DNA from: Eledone cirrhosa
Lineage: Eukaryota
Assembly: GCA_964016885.1 (NCBI GenBank)
Contig: OZ024746.1
Span: forward strand, 75,206,001 to 75,270,000
DNA: 64,000 bases
Direction: 5' to 3'
Shown: in pieces, positions 23,171 to 36,625 of the stretch
Layout of the letters: the number at the start of each line of letters is the position of its first letter
Position numbering within the stretch: the stretch's first letter is position 1
The notes under the pieces: model-generated
What the model saw: only the letters and a program-made list of their open reading frames with translations
Database searches by the model: none
Told to the model about the DNA's origin: nothing
Program-made: the position numbers and the translations under genes

Positions 23171-24355
23171 TATCTATTATCTATCTCTTATCTATCTATC
23201 TATCTCTTTCCTACTCTGGAAGAAATTGGCTGTGTTCGGATATGGAGAGGGATGGGCTCCGCCAGGTTTAATATGTCTTAGACACGCTGTATGTCACGAA
23301 GGCTCCCTTACCGACTCCATCAGAAGTTACAGATGCACACATACATACATTTCAAAATGGTCAGATATTTAAACATCATGACTCTTTATGTTTTATGTTG
23401 ATATTTTTTTAACGAAGAAATAAATAATTACGATTTTGAATACGTTATTATACATTTAACTACTTTAAAATCATGAATAGCTGCTGAAATTCTTAAAAAT
23501 ACAGGGGGTTATATAATATTTGAAACCGTTTCAGAACCTAAGCGCGCGAAATACTGTTATTACATGTAACAGACTGCAATTACAAAACTGGTTTTCTTAA
23601 CATGTATTTCTTAGTTGAAATTGAGAATAACATGTTCGTTGTTTCTCATAAAATTAGCTTCTAACAATAATTTATGACAAAATCATAAAGTGATAATAAC
23701 AGTTATAGAGGAAAATAGACAACTAGGATATAATAAATCATCTTTTTGTTTTAAAATAGTGTCATACATGATTTATAGATATATATTTTGTTTGAATCTC
23801 TTAACGTGACTATGAAATAATGTATTTTCTTTCTCCTACCTTATCAATTAATATCAGTTATCCAACTTTAATAATTAGGAGATAGGTGTATTGGCAGAAT
23901 AGTAAGAACCTGTGAATTTTGATAAGGTCATTTCTTTACCTTTTGGGATCAGATCCCACCGAGATCGATAATATAAAGTATTTGTAAATTACAGGAATTG
24001 ATATAATCACTTTATCCGATCGTCTTCAATCATGTGATCTTGTACCTTATTTAGAAATCCATATTTTGACATCAAGATGAGGGAAAACATTTCAACGTAT
24101 ATTATAATTTGTTTACTCTAGTTAATCCCGCCGAGGTTAAATTTGCCTTTCATCCTTACGGGGTCGATAAAATAGAGTACCAGTAATACACTGGTTAATT
24201 GCTGGCCTTGAGCCTAACGTAGAAACAATTATAATTTTTTTACTCTAGACAGATAACTCCTAAACACATCGGTTTACAAATGTTTCTCTATATCTCTATT
24301 CCCCATTCTCTCAGTTTTAAGCATCACCTTGTGCATAGAGTCTCTGATAGAAAAT

Positions 24356-24394
<39 letters not shown>

Positions 24395-24895
24395 TCTTAG
24401 GAAATGAAGAAAATCTCGGATGCAGGAAGGCCCGATATTGACCGGAAATAGAATGAAAAATTAAAGACGAAATAGAAAGATGGAGGAGATTGTGCACGGG
24501 TAGAAACGAAAATATTGTCTTCGAGAAAAAAGAAGTCATTTCATTTTTCCATTCCATTGAGAACTGTTAATATCCGTATGTAGTTGACGGACCCGAACAA
24601 AGAGTAGTTAATACCGAAGTGATGTGAAATATTCATTTATTACGAGTAATGAGTCTTGCTACTGTGGAGTTTCACCGGTGCACTCGCAGAATCACCAAAT
24701 AATTATTTTGTACAAAAATATGTAAGTCTGTATTAACATGTATATATATATATATATTTAGGTTTGTTGGTTCACCACTGGATAGAATTGGTCATTCCGT
24801 ATGGTCAATCTCGATGTAATATTATGAAGAGTACTCAACGTAATGCAGCTCACCCGTCTTCGTTTGTGTAGTTAGTGGTGCGAGTACGGAGTTAA

Positions 24896-25938
24896 TCTAT
24901 ATATATAAAACTGTGGTTGTCTGTCTGTCTATCGATTTTTGGCACACATCTCCTCTTAGAATCTCTCACGGAATTGCACCGAAATTGCTATACTTGTACA
25001 TTGAGCCCTAGCGAAGACATCGGAAAAAAATATTTCAAATTGACCCGCCCTATCTGACGAAATCGAATATAATGTATCGATTTTTGAGCGTAAGTGATCA
25101 GTTATTTCCCTTTGTTCTGTTTACATTGAGCGTCTGCGTGCAAAAATTAAAAAAATTACGCTGGCTTTCTCAGCGTTTAAAATGACATTAACACACTGCA
25201 AAATTCATCAGTTCGAACACTAAGCTTCCGTTTTGCTTCATTTCCATTTAAAAGCCTTTTAAAACAATATTTTTACTTGAAAACAAGTCTATTTAAAGAC
25301 TACGTAAAACAAGCAAATATTTCGTAAAAAAAAGCAAAAATTATATAAGTTTATTTAAAATATATGTATCTGTAAATTTCGTTAGGCGTGCAGACAGACT
25401 TTAAGCCAAAAAAGAAACTTAACATTGTAACTTTAACACAGCTACTGAGCGACCCCGAGCAACGCCGGGCTGTATCTGTAAATTTCGTTAGGCGTGCAGA
25501 CAGACAGTCGTGCAGACAGATAGTCGTGCAGAGAGGTGATATACGCGTGCAGACAGATAGTCGTGCAGAGAGGTGATATACGCGTGCAGACAGACAGTCG
25601 TGCAGAGAGGTGATATAGGCGTGCAGACAGACATAACTGATAATTTGGTTACGCTAATGTTTTTCTCTGCGTTGCAGTGTTTACATTTTCGATCTTTGTT
25701 AATAAATAACCAGTGCAGTTTTTATCCCCAGCATCCTCTTTTGTTATAACATTCGGGTTATCGTTATGTTTTCTTAACTTCATAAGGCATATTGTTGGTT
25801 GAGGGAATATTAATCAAAAACACCACATGCAAGTCTGCACAGTAGACACTACAGTTTTTAAGCCAAAAAAGAAACTTAACATTGTAACTTTAACACAGCT
25901 ACTGAGCGACCCCGAGCAACGCCGGGCTTTACTGCTAG
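24896..25938 (+). mobile_element. Non-autonomous Helitron
   Basis: 5' TC (TCTATATATATAAAAC...CTGTCTGTC); 3' GC-rich hairpin CCCGAGCAACGCCGGG then CTAG; inserted between A and T with no TSD. Confidence 0.8.
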
Positions 25939-25939
25939 T

Positions 25940-26346
<407 letters not shown>

Positions 26347-26361
26347 CGTGTGTGTGGGTGT

Positions 26362-26429
<68 letters not shown>

Positions 26430-27074
26430 ATATTTGAGATGAAGTACAGAATGAAATGCCGTTTCGTTCGATCAGCCCTACACATATTGATAGATATACT
26501 AGTCAGGATGCATATTAATCATTGTGTAATAAGATTTATTTACACTTGCATTCCATAACTTAATGATTGGATAACATATGCATGTTATATCACGTTATAA
26601 CTATTTTCTTTTCCATCTTGACACAAAACATGTATATATATAAATCGTCAAAACATAATTTCACTTACTCACTTTGTTTGAAGACAAGTGAATATGTATG
26701 ATGCTAATTACTTATGAAAATCTGGCATCTTTCATACGACTGATGAGGTTGCCTATCAAGAAACTACATGAAGACATTAAAGTGATAAATGAAAAAAATT
26801 AACGTGAAATTCAAGGGAAGCAGCTTGAATAAAAATACAAACGGGTTATTTCCCTTCAAAAACTGCTCGCTGTCAAAAATGTTTATAGGAATTAAACAAT
26901 TGTACAATTATTAGATAGTACGATTTAATTGGCCGAAATTAATAATATAAAAACAATAAAAATTATAATCCGTAATAAAGATTGCTTTAATAGTTGCAAT
27001 TAAACTATTAAAAAAAAATCAACAAAGATGTAAAATTATCAATCAATAGACTTTTGGCCAATGTGAATAGTTGG

Positions 27075-28195
27075 TCAGCTGTGCCGGGACTCGACAATCT
27101 CCCTGCGTCTCTTTGCCAGACACTTAGCATAGATTTTACCGGGTAGGCTGAACAAGGAGATCCCTCTGTAATTGGAACAATCTCTCTTGTCTCTCTTTTT
27201 GAAAATTGGGATTATCACTCCCAATTGCCATTGCTTAGGTACCTTTCCAGAAATCCAGGCCACCCGGCACACATGAGTCTGCCAGAGAATACCTTCTATA
27301 TTTAAGGCTTTTAACATCTCGTGTCGGATTTCATCTTCCCCAGCGGCCTTGTCACATTTGAGCTCTTTAACTGCTCTTGTGATCTCGGCTTCTGAGACAT
27401 TAGTCACCGCTCCCACATGCACCTCGTGTGCATAAGAAGATGCTGTTGTGATCGGGTTTAGGAGATCAGCAAAGTATTCTCTCCACCTCGAGAGGATGAA
27501 CCTTTCTGAAAAGAGAAACCCTGATGCGTTCCTGATAACAAGTATGAAGATTGACTTATTATTATGAAATCGGTGGAACACTTCATTTGCTGATCTGAAG
27601 TTGGATTCCAGCTTAACCCCAAAGCCCTCCCATGTCTTAGCTTTGGACGCCTTTACTGTCTCTGCTGCGATTCTTCGTGCCTACTAGTACCGCAAGGGCA
27701 AAAAGAAGCACTTATTTCCAAGCCAAGCTTTGTAGGTCTCTTTCTTTGCTCTGATGGGATCTTTGATCTCATGATTGAACCAAGGGGTCCCCCCGGCCAT
27801 CCAGCCCCACACCAAGAATCTTTCGCCCACAGCATTTAACGGCTGAAGCAGGAACTGCCGAGCTGAACAAACTCAACGTCCTCAGTTAGCTCATGGAGTT
27901 CTCTGAATTTAGATGCAATAGTATCTTCATACCTGGTCCTGACTTCCTTATCCACCAATGCTTCCAGCTTTATCCTGTAGGTCAACCTCGATCTGCCAGT
28001 TTTCATTGGCTTTAGATAGTCTCAAGTTGCAGATAACAGGGTGGTGATCAGGTGAGAGCTCAGTCCCTCTCTCTAACGCGAACATCCATCACAGAATCAA
28101 GAGACAATAACAGAATCAGAGACAATAACAAATTCAATTATTGATCTCTATCCCTGATTCCCCTTGTACTATGTATATTTATGGATGCCTCTGGG
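27075..28195 (-). pseudogene. RTE (Rex3/Expander-like) LINE internal fragment
   Basis: RWREYFADLLN...KAAGEDEIRHEMLK...GKVPKQWQLGVIIPIFKKRDKRDCSNYRGISLFSLPGKIYAK; degraded APE region upstream. Confidence 0.85.
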
Positions 28196-28552
28196 CTTTG
28201 GTATCACTTTTGTAACAAGTAAGGAACCACCACCTCAACCACCATCACCAAACCACTACCACTACATCTACCACTACATCTACCACTACCACCACCAACA
28301 ACAGGTTAATTATTAAAATATAAACATTGATGGAATAAAAAACGCTCAGTTATTTCCCTTACAAACAAATGTTGCAAGGTAGATAACTGGGTAATATTTC
28401 ATTAACTATAAAGAGACGAGCAGTAAATTTTTTTAATAATAAAAAATCAATAATAAATAAATAAATAAATCATTATGTCTACAGTTGCTCTGCCAATTCT
28501 GTGATACACCTCCACCCGTACCAACAACTACACTACACTACTACTAATAATA

Positions 28553-28755
28553 ATTGTTTCTACTTTAGGCACAAGGCCAGCAATTATCCAGTACATTACT
28601 GATGGTTTCTGGTTTAGGCACAATACCAACAATTGGGGGGGGGGGAGGAGAGTCGATCAAATCGACCTCAGTGCTTTACTGGAACTTTATTTTATCGATC
28701 CAGTAAGGATGAAAGGCAAAGCTAACCTCGGTGGGATTTGAACTTAGAACGTAAT
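28553..28755 (-). mobile_element. tRNA-SINE fragments
   Basis: Two adjacent 3' ends plus the central block. Confidence 0.65.
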
Positions 28756-28759
28756 GTGA

Positions 28760-29175
28760 CACCTGCTGCAACAGCCACCCCGGCCTACGGGGTTCCTTCC
28801 TCGAATAGGATGCTGTCTTTCCGATTTTGCAGAAGAAAGCGGCAGTGCGGCAACCGAGGACACCAGTAGTCCCAACGGAGTAACAGTTAATGACGATAGC
28901 ATTTTTTCCAAGGGAAATAATTCTAAAGTACTTTAGGAAAAGTAAAATTTCTTTGTTACTGGGTTATATCCCTTGGCAGTTTTTTATCTTTTTTGTTTTT
29001 CACGAACAGTCTTTGACTCATGAATTTGAGTGCTGTTTAACCCTAGATTAACATTGAGAAAATCTGTGGTGAAAGAATTCTAAGCTTTTTACTGGATAGG
29101 TAAATTGCCTGATGCAAAGAGGGAATCTGGTGTTGGATTTGCTATTAGAGGTGATTTAGTAAAACAACTTTAGTT
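28760..29175 (+). pseudogene. Decayed RTE (BovB-like) 5'/APE fragment
   Basis: FYWIGKLPDAKRESGVGFAIRGDLVKQL near 29088-29170, preceded by a GC-rich leader. Confidence 0.55.
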
Positions 29176-29310
29176 GCTATGTCCCAACATCAAACCCACT
29201 AGAAATTTGCAACATCACGTCTTTACGTTAAAAGTATTAATGAAGTATTTTAGCTCTTTGCTATATAGTTTCGATATCTCCTCATATATTCCTTCACCGT
29301 TATTACAACA

Positions 29311-29497
29311 GGCTCTTGGCAGTATCGGTAGAGGGTCGGACGCCATGCTTTGACGCATAGAGTTACGGCCCTTGCCATTCTGAGTTCAAATCCCGCCGAG
29401 GTTAACTTTGCCTTTCATCCTTACGGGGTCGATAAAATAAAGTACCAGTAATGCACTGGGTAATTTGCTGGCCTTGTGCCAAAAGTAGAAACAGTTA
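29311..29497 (+). mobile_element. tRNA-derived SINE
   Basis: Family consensus. Confidence 0.85.
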
Positions 29498-29579
29498 TTA
29501 CAACTGGCTCTGCTCTTCGAAGGTTGCTGTACTCATGTCATCTCCACTCGAGCCACAGACCTACAGATCTTGTTGCCCT

Positions 29580-29851
29580 TCTCTGTCTCTTCTACTGCTC
29601 ACACAATAGTCTTTGTTATTTACAGGTTGCTGGTTTCATGTCACACCCCATCTTAACCTCTGTCTCCTCTCTTTCTTTCTCCCTACTCTCTCCCTAATTC
29701 TCTGTCTCTTTCTACTGCTCACACAATAGTCTTTGTTATTTACAGGTTGCTGGTTTCATGTCACACTCCATCTTAACCTCTGTCTCCTCTCTTTCTTTCT
29801 CCCTACTCTCTCCCTAATTCTCTGTCTCTTTCTACTGCTCACACAATAGTC
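29580..29851. repeat. 120-bp tandem duplication (about 2.3 units)
   Basis: Lines starting at 29581, 29701 and 29821 repeat almost exactly. Confidence 0.9.
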
Positions 29852-29999
29852 GTTGCTCTTCGGAACTCACTGGGCTCCTACCACCTCTACTGAGGCACAC
29901 CTAACTCACTCCTCTCTCTTTTTCTCATCACCAAGGTTGTGCCTAACCCCCTATGCCCCGCTCGAACTCCTATACCCAGTCCTTCCTGTCCAAAATGTC

Positions 30000-30053
<54 letters not shown>

Positions 30054-30060
30054 CTCTTTA

Positions 30061-30100
<40 letters not shown>

Positions 30101-30199
30101 CCTCCCTCTCTCCATCTCTCTTTCTCTCTGTCCGTGTCTTTCCAAAAAGGAGTCAATTTGCAACAATTTACATAGAATATCAACATCAACTTTTCTAGT

Positions 30200-30760
30200 C
30201 TCAGAGGAAACGTGAAGCTCACGAAAACCTCCCCTTTGGCCAGACCTACCTTCCGACAGACACGGTTGTGTACTGGAGAACTGTGGTTGGAATGTAGTGC
30301 TTTACTCTGTGGTGAGTTGTGGATTGGGAGATGTCATGATAAGGAGTTTCAGGTAGTTCAAAAGGAATTCCGAGAACTCGTTCTTGGTCTCAGAGACGTT
30401 TGATATATGAAAAGTCACACGCGCAGATGTTGCCAGAGAAACAGAGGCATACTTACTGCTATTGACGAGTCATCTCCCCTGATTATCGTTCAGCAGTGAG
30501 TGAGCCCGAAGGAAGTCTGCTCCAATGATAGGCTGATGGGCATCAGCAACGGTGAATATCCATGTATATTACTGTGAGCCTCTGTGGAGGAAGAGAGTAC
30601 GGTATCTGTAAGCTTTTATTGTAGAATCATTGGCAGCTGCCACTGACTCCCCTCTCTATAACGGAGGTCGTTTGCAGATTCCGAGATAACATTGACTTCT
30701 ACTTCTGTGTTCGATTAAGAATCTGACTGGAGATCTGATCATAGACATACAGGACAGTTG
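30200..30760 (-). pseudogene. Gypsy LTR retrotransposon pol remnant (protease to RT linker)
   Basis: Frameshifted FLI.T..EVNVI (degenerate FLIDTGAEVSVI), QPIIGADFLRAHSLLNDNQGR*LVN, HRVKHYIPTT..PVHNR...AKGE. Confidence 0.65.
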
Positions 30761-30869
30761 ATCATGTTTGCCGACCACCAGGGTGTTTATTGGTGGTTGA
30801 TCCTAGAGTTTCTCCCGGAGTCAATGATGAAGAGCTATTGAAGTTACATGGTTACTTGGTATCTTTTGC

Positions 30870-31060
30870 GGATCCCCTCCCCCCAAATAAAAAACGACGG
30901 ACCCCAAATAAAAAACGAGCCCTTCCCCCCAAATAAAAACCGGATAACCCCTAAAATAAGTAACGGACCCCCAAATAAAAAACGGAACCCCCCCCCCCCC
31001 CATCCCCCCATTAAAAAATCCGTTTTTTATGGGGAGTGGGCGTTTTTTATTTGGGGATCT
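30870..31060. repeat. Cluster of CCCCCAAATAAAAA motifs, direct plus inverted copies
   Basis: About five or six direct copies at roughly 25-bp spacing, then inverted TTTTTATTTGGGG. Confidence 0.7.
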
Positions 31061-31299
31061 TCCCGTTAAGGGTGAAAGCAGCGATTCTTTGCTTAAACTT
31101 TAATCTGTTATTTTAATAAATATTCGCCTTACGCGAATTCTGGTCCCAATAACTTTTTTTAGTTATTGCTCGCACCAACCTGAGGTATCTGATTTTTAAT
31201 GCGATGAAATACCAATGATGGTTGGAAAACCACTGACGAAGGACTATTTATATCATATGTAACCCATGTGCAAACCACGCAGTATTCTTCTTTCTTCTC

Positions 31300-31375
<76 letters not shown>

Positions 31376-31912
31376 TTCGGTTTGTCTAAGGGAATTTCAT
31401 TCCTTTGTCCCAAATTTCGAATTGACCGCCAAAATGGGGGTTACCTCCCTTTGGGAAAACCACGTGTGTATAGCGAAAATTACTGCTAGAAAATACACCC
31501 GTCGAGGCTATAGAACGCAAGACTAGTTGACGAAGTAAATCCTTTGTTCTGTCGTCAAAGGCCATTAACTTGCAGACCCCTGCAAGCGGAATTTGTCGAT
31601 CTCGGATTTACAGAAACCTAGCGTGGATGTTGTATGTTATATGTGATGTATGCTATACGTTATACGTTATGTGTTGCATTCGATGTACACGCGATGGTCC
31701 AGGTCAGTCAAAATATTTTCCTGAGTTCAGTTTTTTTTCGTTGCTATGGCAATACGGCCAGACTGTCGGTCGCTATATTTGATTTGCAAAGCTGTCTAAA
31801 CGTATTGTTATAACTTTGGGGGTAATATTCTCCATTCGAGTGGTAAGCTGCCTTCCGAATCTGCATTCGTTAGCTTGGCCGCAGCCAAAAGCTTCGTTGA
31901 TGCTGTACTAAA

Positions 31913-31964
<52 letters not shown>

Positions 31965-33420
31965 ATAGGGAGAAAAAGACGATTATTGGGAAAAGAAAAT
32001 TATTTTTTTTATTTTTATTTTTTTCTCTTTTTTCTGGGTTAGAAAATGTTTAAAACAAAATATTTTACTTTGTGTGAAGTGTTAAGGTATTAATTAATTT
32101 ATTTATTAATTAACAATTGTTTCTACTTTAGGCACAAGGCCAGCAATTACCCAGTGCATTACTATATATATAATGTATTCAAAGTTGAGTCTGCATGTAG
32201 TTTCTCGTTAACGGATTTTCATTTGATAAACTTGTACCTGTAGCAGTGCAGCTATGGAACCTAATCCTATGTACTATGCCTATTTCTTTCTATCTGTTCT
32301 AAAAGAAAATAGATACTGAAGTGCCTTCATCTATTGCTGGAATTTGAAACCTCTCAGAATATATGTTTTGTAGATCTTTTTAATCGCTTAAAGCATTGAC
32401 TCCCAGTGTAGGTGCTACTGCCCTCTTGTGGTCGATGGGAGACACAAGAGAAGAAATATAAGGATAGGGGCTATGGTAGGGGGTCATTGAAAGATGACGG
32501 GGCAAAGTTCAAAATTATTAATACAAATTGATACTTACTTCTAAAAGTGTCACCTAATTATAAAATAAATGCTTAGTTAAAATAAAAAGAATTATTGAAA
32601 TTTAATTTTCAATGTTTATTTAAAATCAATATTTATGTAGAGTCGTGCTGAAGTTGTAAACCGAAAAATATTTTTGAAACTGTAGCTCAGATTAAAGAGA
32701 AGGTTGATCCCATCGGTTGAGAACTTGAGTGTGTTCTTCAGGAACAGTGCAAAGAAGATACCAAAATATATCGGGATGAAATTAACGTGAGAGTGGTTGA
32801 GCATTCCACAGACGTCCATTTTAACATAGTTCTGAGGATGATTCAATGTGATATGATGTATGATAATGCTGGCCCTTTGAATTACAGGTACAATTCATTT
32901 TTGGCAGCTGGGTGGACTGGAGCAGCGTGAAATAAAGTGGCTTGCTCAACGACAAAATGTCGGGAATAGAACTCACGACTTTACGTGAGCCGAACACCAT
33001 AAACCTTCATAAAAAGATATTTTGCACCATTGTTAGTTAGCCTCAACCAATTCACCGCCTCTGAGAAAAAACAGTACGTAAATATAATAAATTAACATAA
33101 ATGTGTTTTGTAAGACTAGTTATCGAAACAGATTAAGACAGTAACAGCAGAGAACTGTGAGGAAAAGATAAAAAACATGATTAGGTCCTCTTCACTATTA
33201 GAAGAGAATAGTTGCAGGGTTATTCAGTAGTAACCTTTTACATTTTCATCTGGTGCTGATACGGCTACTGAAGCGGACTGATTACAATTCCATCTGCAGT
33301 GGAGAAGCCAATAGGATATCTATTGTATATAAAGGACACACGTATAGATGTGAGGGACGGCGACTAACCAGATCTTGCTCGTATTACAAATAGTTTATAT
33401 ATACCAAGAGAAACCTAAAA

Positions 33421-33800
33421 AACGTAGCGTCAGACACCATGCTTTGCAGCATAGAGTTACGTCCCTTGCCATTCTGAGTTCAAATCCCGCCGAGGTTAAC
33501 TTTGCCTTTTATCCTTACGGGGTCGATAAAATAAAGTACCAGTAATGTACTGGGTAATTTCTGGCCTTGTGCCTAAAGTAGAAACAATTATTATTATTGT
33601 TGTTATATAATCGTTTCTACTTTTGGCACACGGCCAGCAGTTACCCCAGTACATTACTGGTACTTTTATTTTATCGACCCCGTAAGGATGAAAGGCAAAG
33701 TTAACTTCGGCGGGATTTGAACTCAGAACGTAAAGGGCCATAAGTCTATGTTGCAAAGCATGGTGTCTGACGCTCTACCGATACTGCCAATCCACCGCCC
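33421..33800. mobile_element. Tail-to-tail inverted pair of tRNA-SINEs
   Basis: Plus copy 33421-33590 and minus copy 33612-33800. Confidence 0.88.
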
Positions 33801-34090
33801 TTATATTGTTATATAGTGGGAGCATCATGCAGCTAGTTAAAACACACACACAAACAAATAAAGAAACACAAACACAGTTTGATGTCTCACTTCGATTGTT
33901 TTCTAGTAATCAGGTAATTAATCCCTCTATCATTTGGTTAATCAGCCAATTAATTAATGGTCAAAATTCTTTTGTCATAATCTGTGATTTTATCGATGTA
34001 TCTTGCCCTCTGTCTCTTCTTCGTCACAACTTCAACTTGACTCCATCTTTTTTCTTATATGTCTGCGGGATGCGTATTATTATTATTACA

Positions 34091-34282
34091 GGGCGGTGGT
34101 TTGGCAGTATCGGTAGAACGCCAGGCACCATGCTTTGCAGCATAGTTACGGCTCTTTGCGTTCTGAGTTCAAATCCCGCCGAGGTTAACTTTGCCTTTCA
34201 TCCTTACGGAGTCGATAAAATAAAGTACCAGTAATGCACTGGGATAATTGCTAGCCTTGTGCCATAATTAGAAACAATTATT
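34091..34282 (+). mobile_element. tRNA-derived SINE
   Basis: Full consensus; (ATT)n tail. Confidence 0.88.
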
Positions 34283-34699
34283 ATTATTGCCGTTATTCCT
34301 CCTATTATCATTATTGCCCTCTTTGTTATTACTATTGTTGTTGTTGCCACTATTATCGTCATTATTAATGTTATTATTATCATAGCTTATCGATAAAACG
34401 AAGCCGCCTCAAAGGCAAACATTGAAATGTTATTTCTTAATCAATATACAACGAACCCCCACGAGATGGACTGTTTCTTTCAGAGCAACTCCCTATGTTT
34501 TAACTTGTCATTCACTCTGTGTTTTAACATATCCGCCATTTTGACCGCTGGAACCATGAAACCTTTACATGACATACTGTGAATTCCATTGTTTTGCTTT
34601 ATTTTACAAAAAAATTATACATCACAAATAAAGGATAACAGTGAAAAAATGAAAAACTGCATCAGGATTTTAATCGGACAATCGGTTAGCTAAGCTTCC

Positions 34700-34995
34700 A
34701 AAAACCTAAACCGTCGTTAAGATAAATATTTAATCCGCAGGTATGATAACAATAGTTTGACTCGTGGTTAAACTGCCAAACATTTGAGCCATTGTTACGT
34801 TTGCAAGCATTCAAACTTTAGTTAAACTGTCCAAACATCTAAATCGTGGTTAAACTGCAAATGATTTAACCCATGGTTAAGTTTCCAAACAGTTAATCCC
34901 CGGTTAAGATACCAAGTACTTAACACGTGGTTAAGATGTCAAACAATTAACTTGTGATTAAGACATTAAAGATTTAACCCGTGGTTAAGCTACCA
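34700..34995. repeat. Degenerate 27-bp tandem array with palindromic TTAAC-N5-GTTAA core
   Basis: Units such as TTTAACCCATGGTTAAGTTTCCAAACA, GTTAATCCCCGGTTAAGATACCAAGTA, CTTAACACGTGGTTAAGATGTCAAACA. Confidence 0.8.
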
Positions 34996-35947
34996 TTTGT
35001 TGTTCTGTGAAGAGGCTGATGTTGCGAAGTGAACAACTTGACCACACAACCACGAAAATGAAGACAGACTTGTAAAATAACATATTATAGATTAACCATA
35101 GCCGAATGGTTAAGGATTTCGCATCGCAATTTTACCATAGCGCCTAGTTAATCCATGCCTTGAGAGTGAAATTGGGAAGACAAAACCTTTTGGAAACCCG
35201 TCGAATGGACTGTGCCAGTCATTCGAAAGACTGTCATTGTTACACGCTATCATGCTGAATTTCCCTAAAAATTACGTTAAAGGTACACCTGTCAGTGGAA
35301 TGCTCTGTCATTTACATGTTAATTTCATGAGCAGACTGTTTGGTTGATCGGATAACTGGAACACTCGTCGCCGAATCTGACGGAGGTCCATTCCTGATTC
35401 CGTGAAAACATTCCAACGGAATTTGTGATTATATGTTGACTATTAAGAGTAAAAAAGCTATATATATATATCTCGAGAGAAAGGGAGGGGGGAGAAAGAC
35501 ATGTTATTTACAATGGACAAATAAGGAAGCTCTGTAAAAGGTGAGTATAGAGAGGGCAACTATAAATAGTGAAGTGTGATAGAATTAGATAAGATAAAGA
35601 AATCTAGTATAAAAGAAATATTTTAGACAAGAATAGTTCATAGAGTTGACGTTTCTATATAGTGTGAAATGGTGGTGGTGGTGGTGGCGGTGGTGGTCGT
35701 CGTGTTGGTGGTGGTGGTAGTGGTGGTGGTCGTCGTCGTCGTCGTGTTGGTAGTGGAGGGGGACATTGTTGCTTGTTTGTCGCAACAACGGACATGTCTT
35801 TCTCTTGTTGTGGTGATGTATGTAGAAAGGAGCAATACGGGAGTGGGATAGAAGAGATAGGAGGCGAAGAAGAAGACGAAAAGGAAGATGATGATGATTT
35901 GAGGAAGATGAGGAGATGACGAGAGGGATAATAATAATGATAATAAT

Positions 35948-36128
35948 AATTGTTTCTACGTTAGGCACAAGGCCAGCAATTACCCAGTGCATTACTGGTA
36001 CTTTATTTGATCGACCCCGTAAGGATGAAAGGCAAAGTCAACCTCGGTGGGATTTGAACTCAGATCGTAAAGGGACATAACTCTATGCTGCAAAGCATGG
36101 CGTCCGACCCTCCACCGATACTGCCAAA
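35948..36128 (-). mobile_element. tRNA-derived SINE within (AAT)n
   Basis: Family consensus; ATAATAATAATGATAATAATAAT on both sides. Confidence 0.88.
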
Positions 36129-36144
36129 TAATAATAATGATAAT

Positions 36145-36625
36145 AATAATGGTTTCTTTATTTCCACAAGGGCTAACATGAAGAAGAACATTACAGACGG
36201 CACAGAACGGTACAGGGCGATACAAAGTGGGTTTTGATCGTGTTAAAAGGTTATAACAAGAAAATAGAAATTTGTAAAAACAAATTAAAAATTCAAACAA
36301 AAATTCCCCAATAAGAGGGAAACCTCCGAGGATCACTCGTGGCGAAAACCACACAAAAGACCACGGCCACCCTGACCACCAGGGCAAACGCCCTCTCTGT
36401 TCTCCCACTCCTCTGTCAACAGGCGCATACTCAGAGCGGGCCTGTTTACTCGGACCAGACTTGCCACTTGATTTCTTTATTAGCCACACGGGGCTGACAT
36501 CGAGAAAACATTAAATATGCCCCAGGACGGCACAGGACATTACAAAATGGGCTTTTTCAGAAAACAAGAAAATGTAAAAATTTATAAAATAGTGAAAATT
36601 TCCTAATCGGAGTGAGACGTTCGAG
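36145..36625 (-). mobile_element. Two tandem 3' fragments of a third Tx1-like subfamily, the left one ending in (ATT)n
   Basis: VASLVRVNRPALSMRL matches the ORF2 end VARMARVNGPSLYISL; both 3' ends carry GTGG..AATAAAGAAA like the other copies. Confidence 0.7.

Noticed and set aside
31855-31905. INEAFGCGQANE peptide resembling a mariner HTH
   Set aside because: Too short, and no TIRs identified.
34091-34180. tRNA genes at SINE heads
   Set aside because: Only A/B boxes; no cloverleaf, and always followed by the SINE body.
34700-34995. Mini-CRISPR or 9-aa coding repeat
   Set aside because: Linkers are about 12 nt and related to each other; in-frame stops are present.
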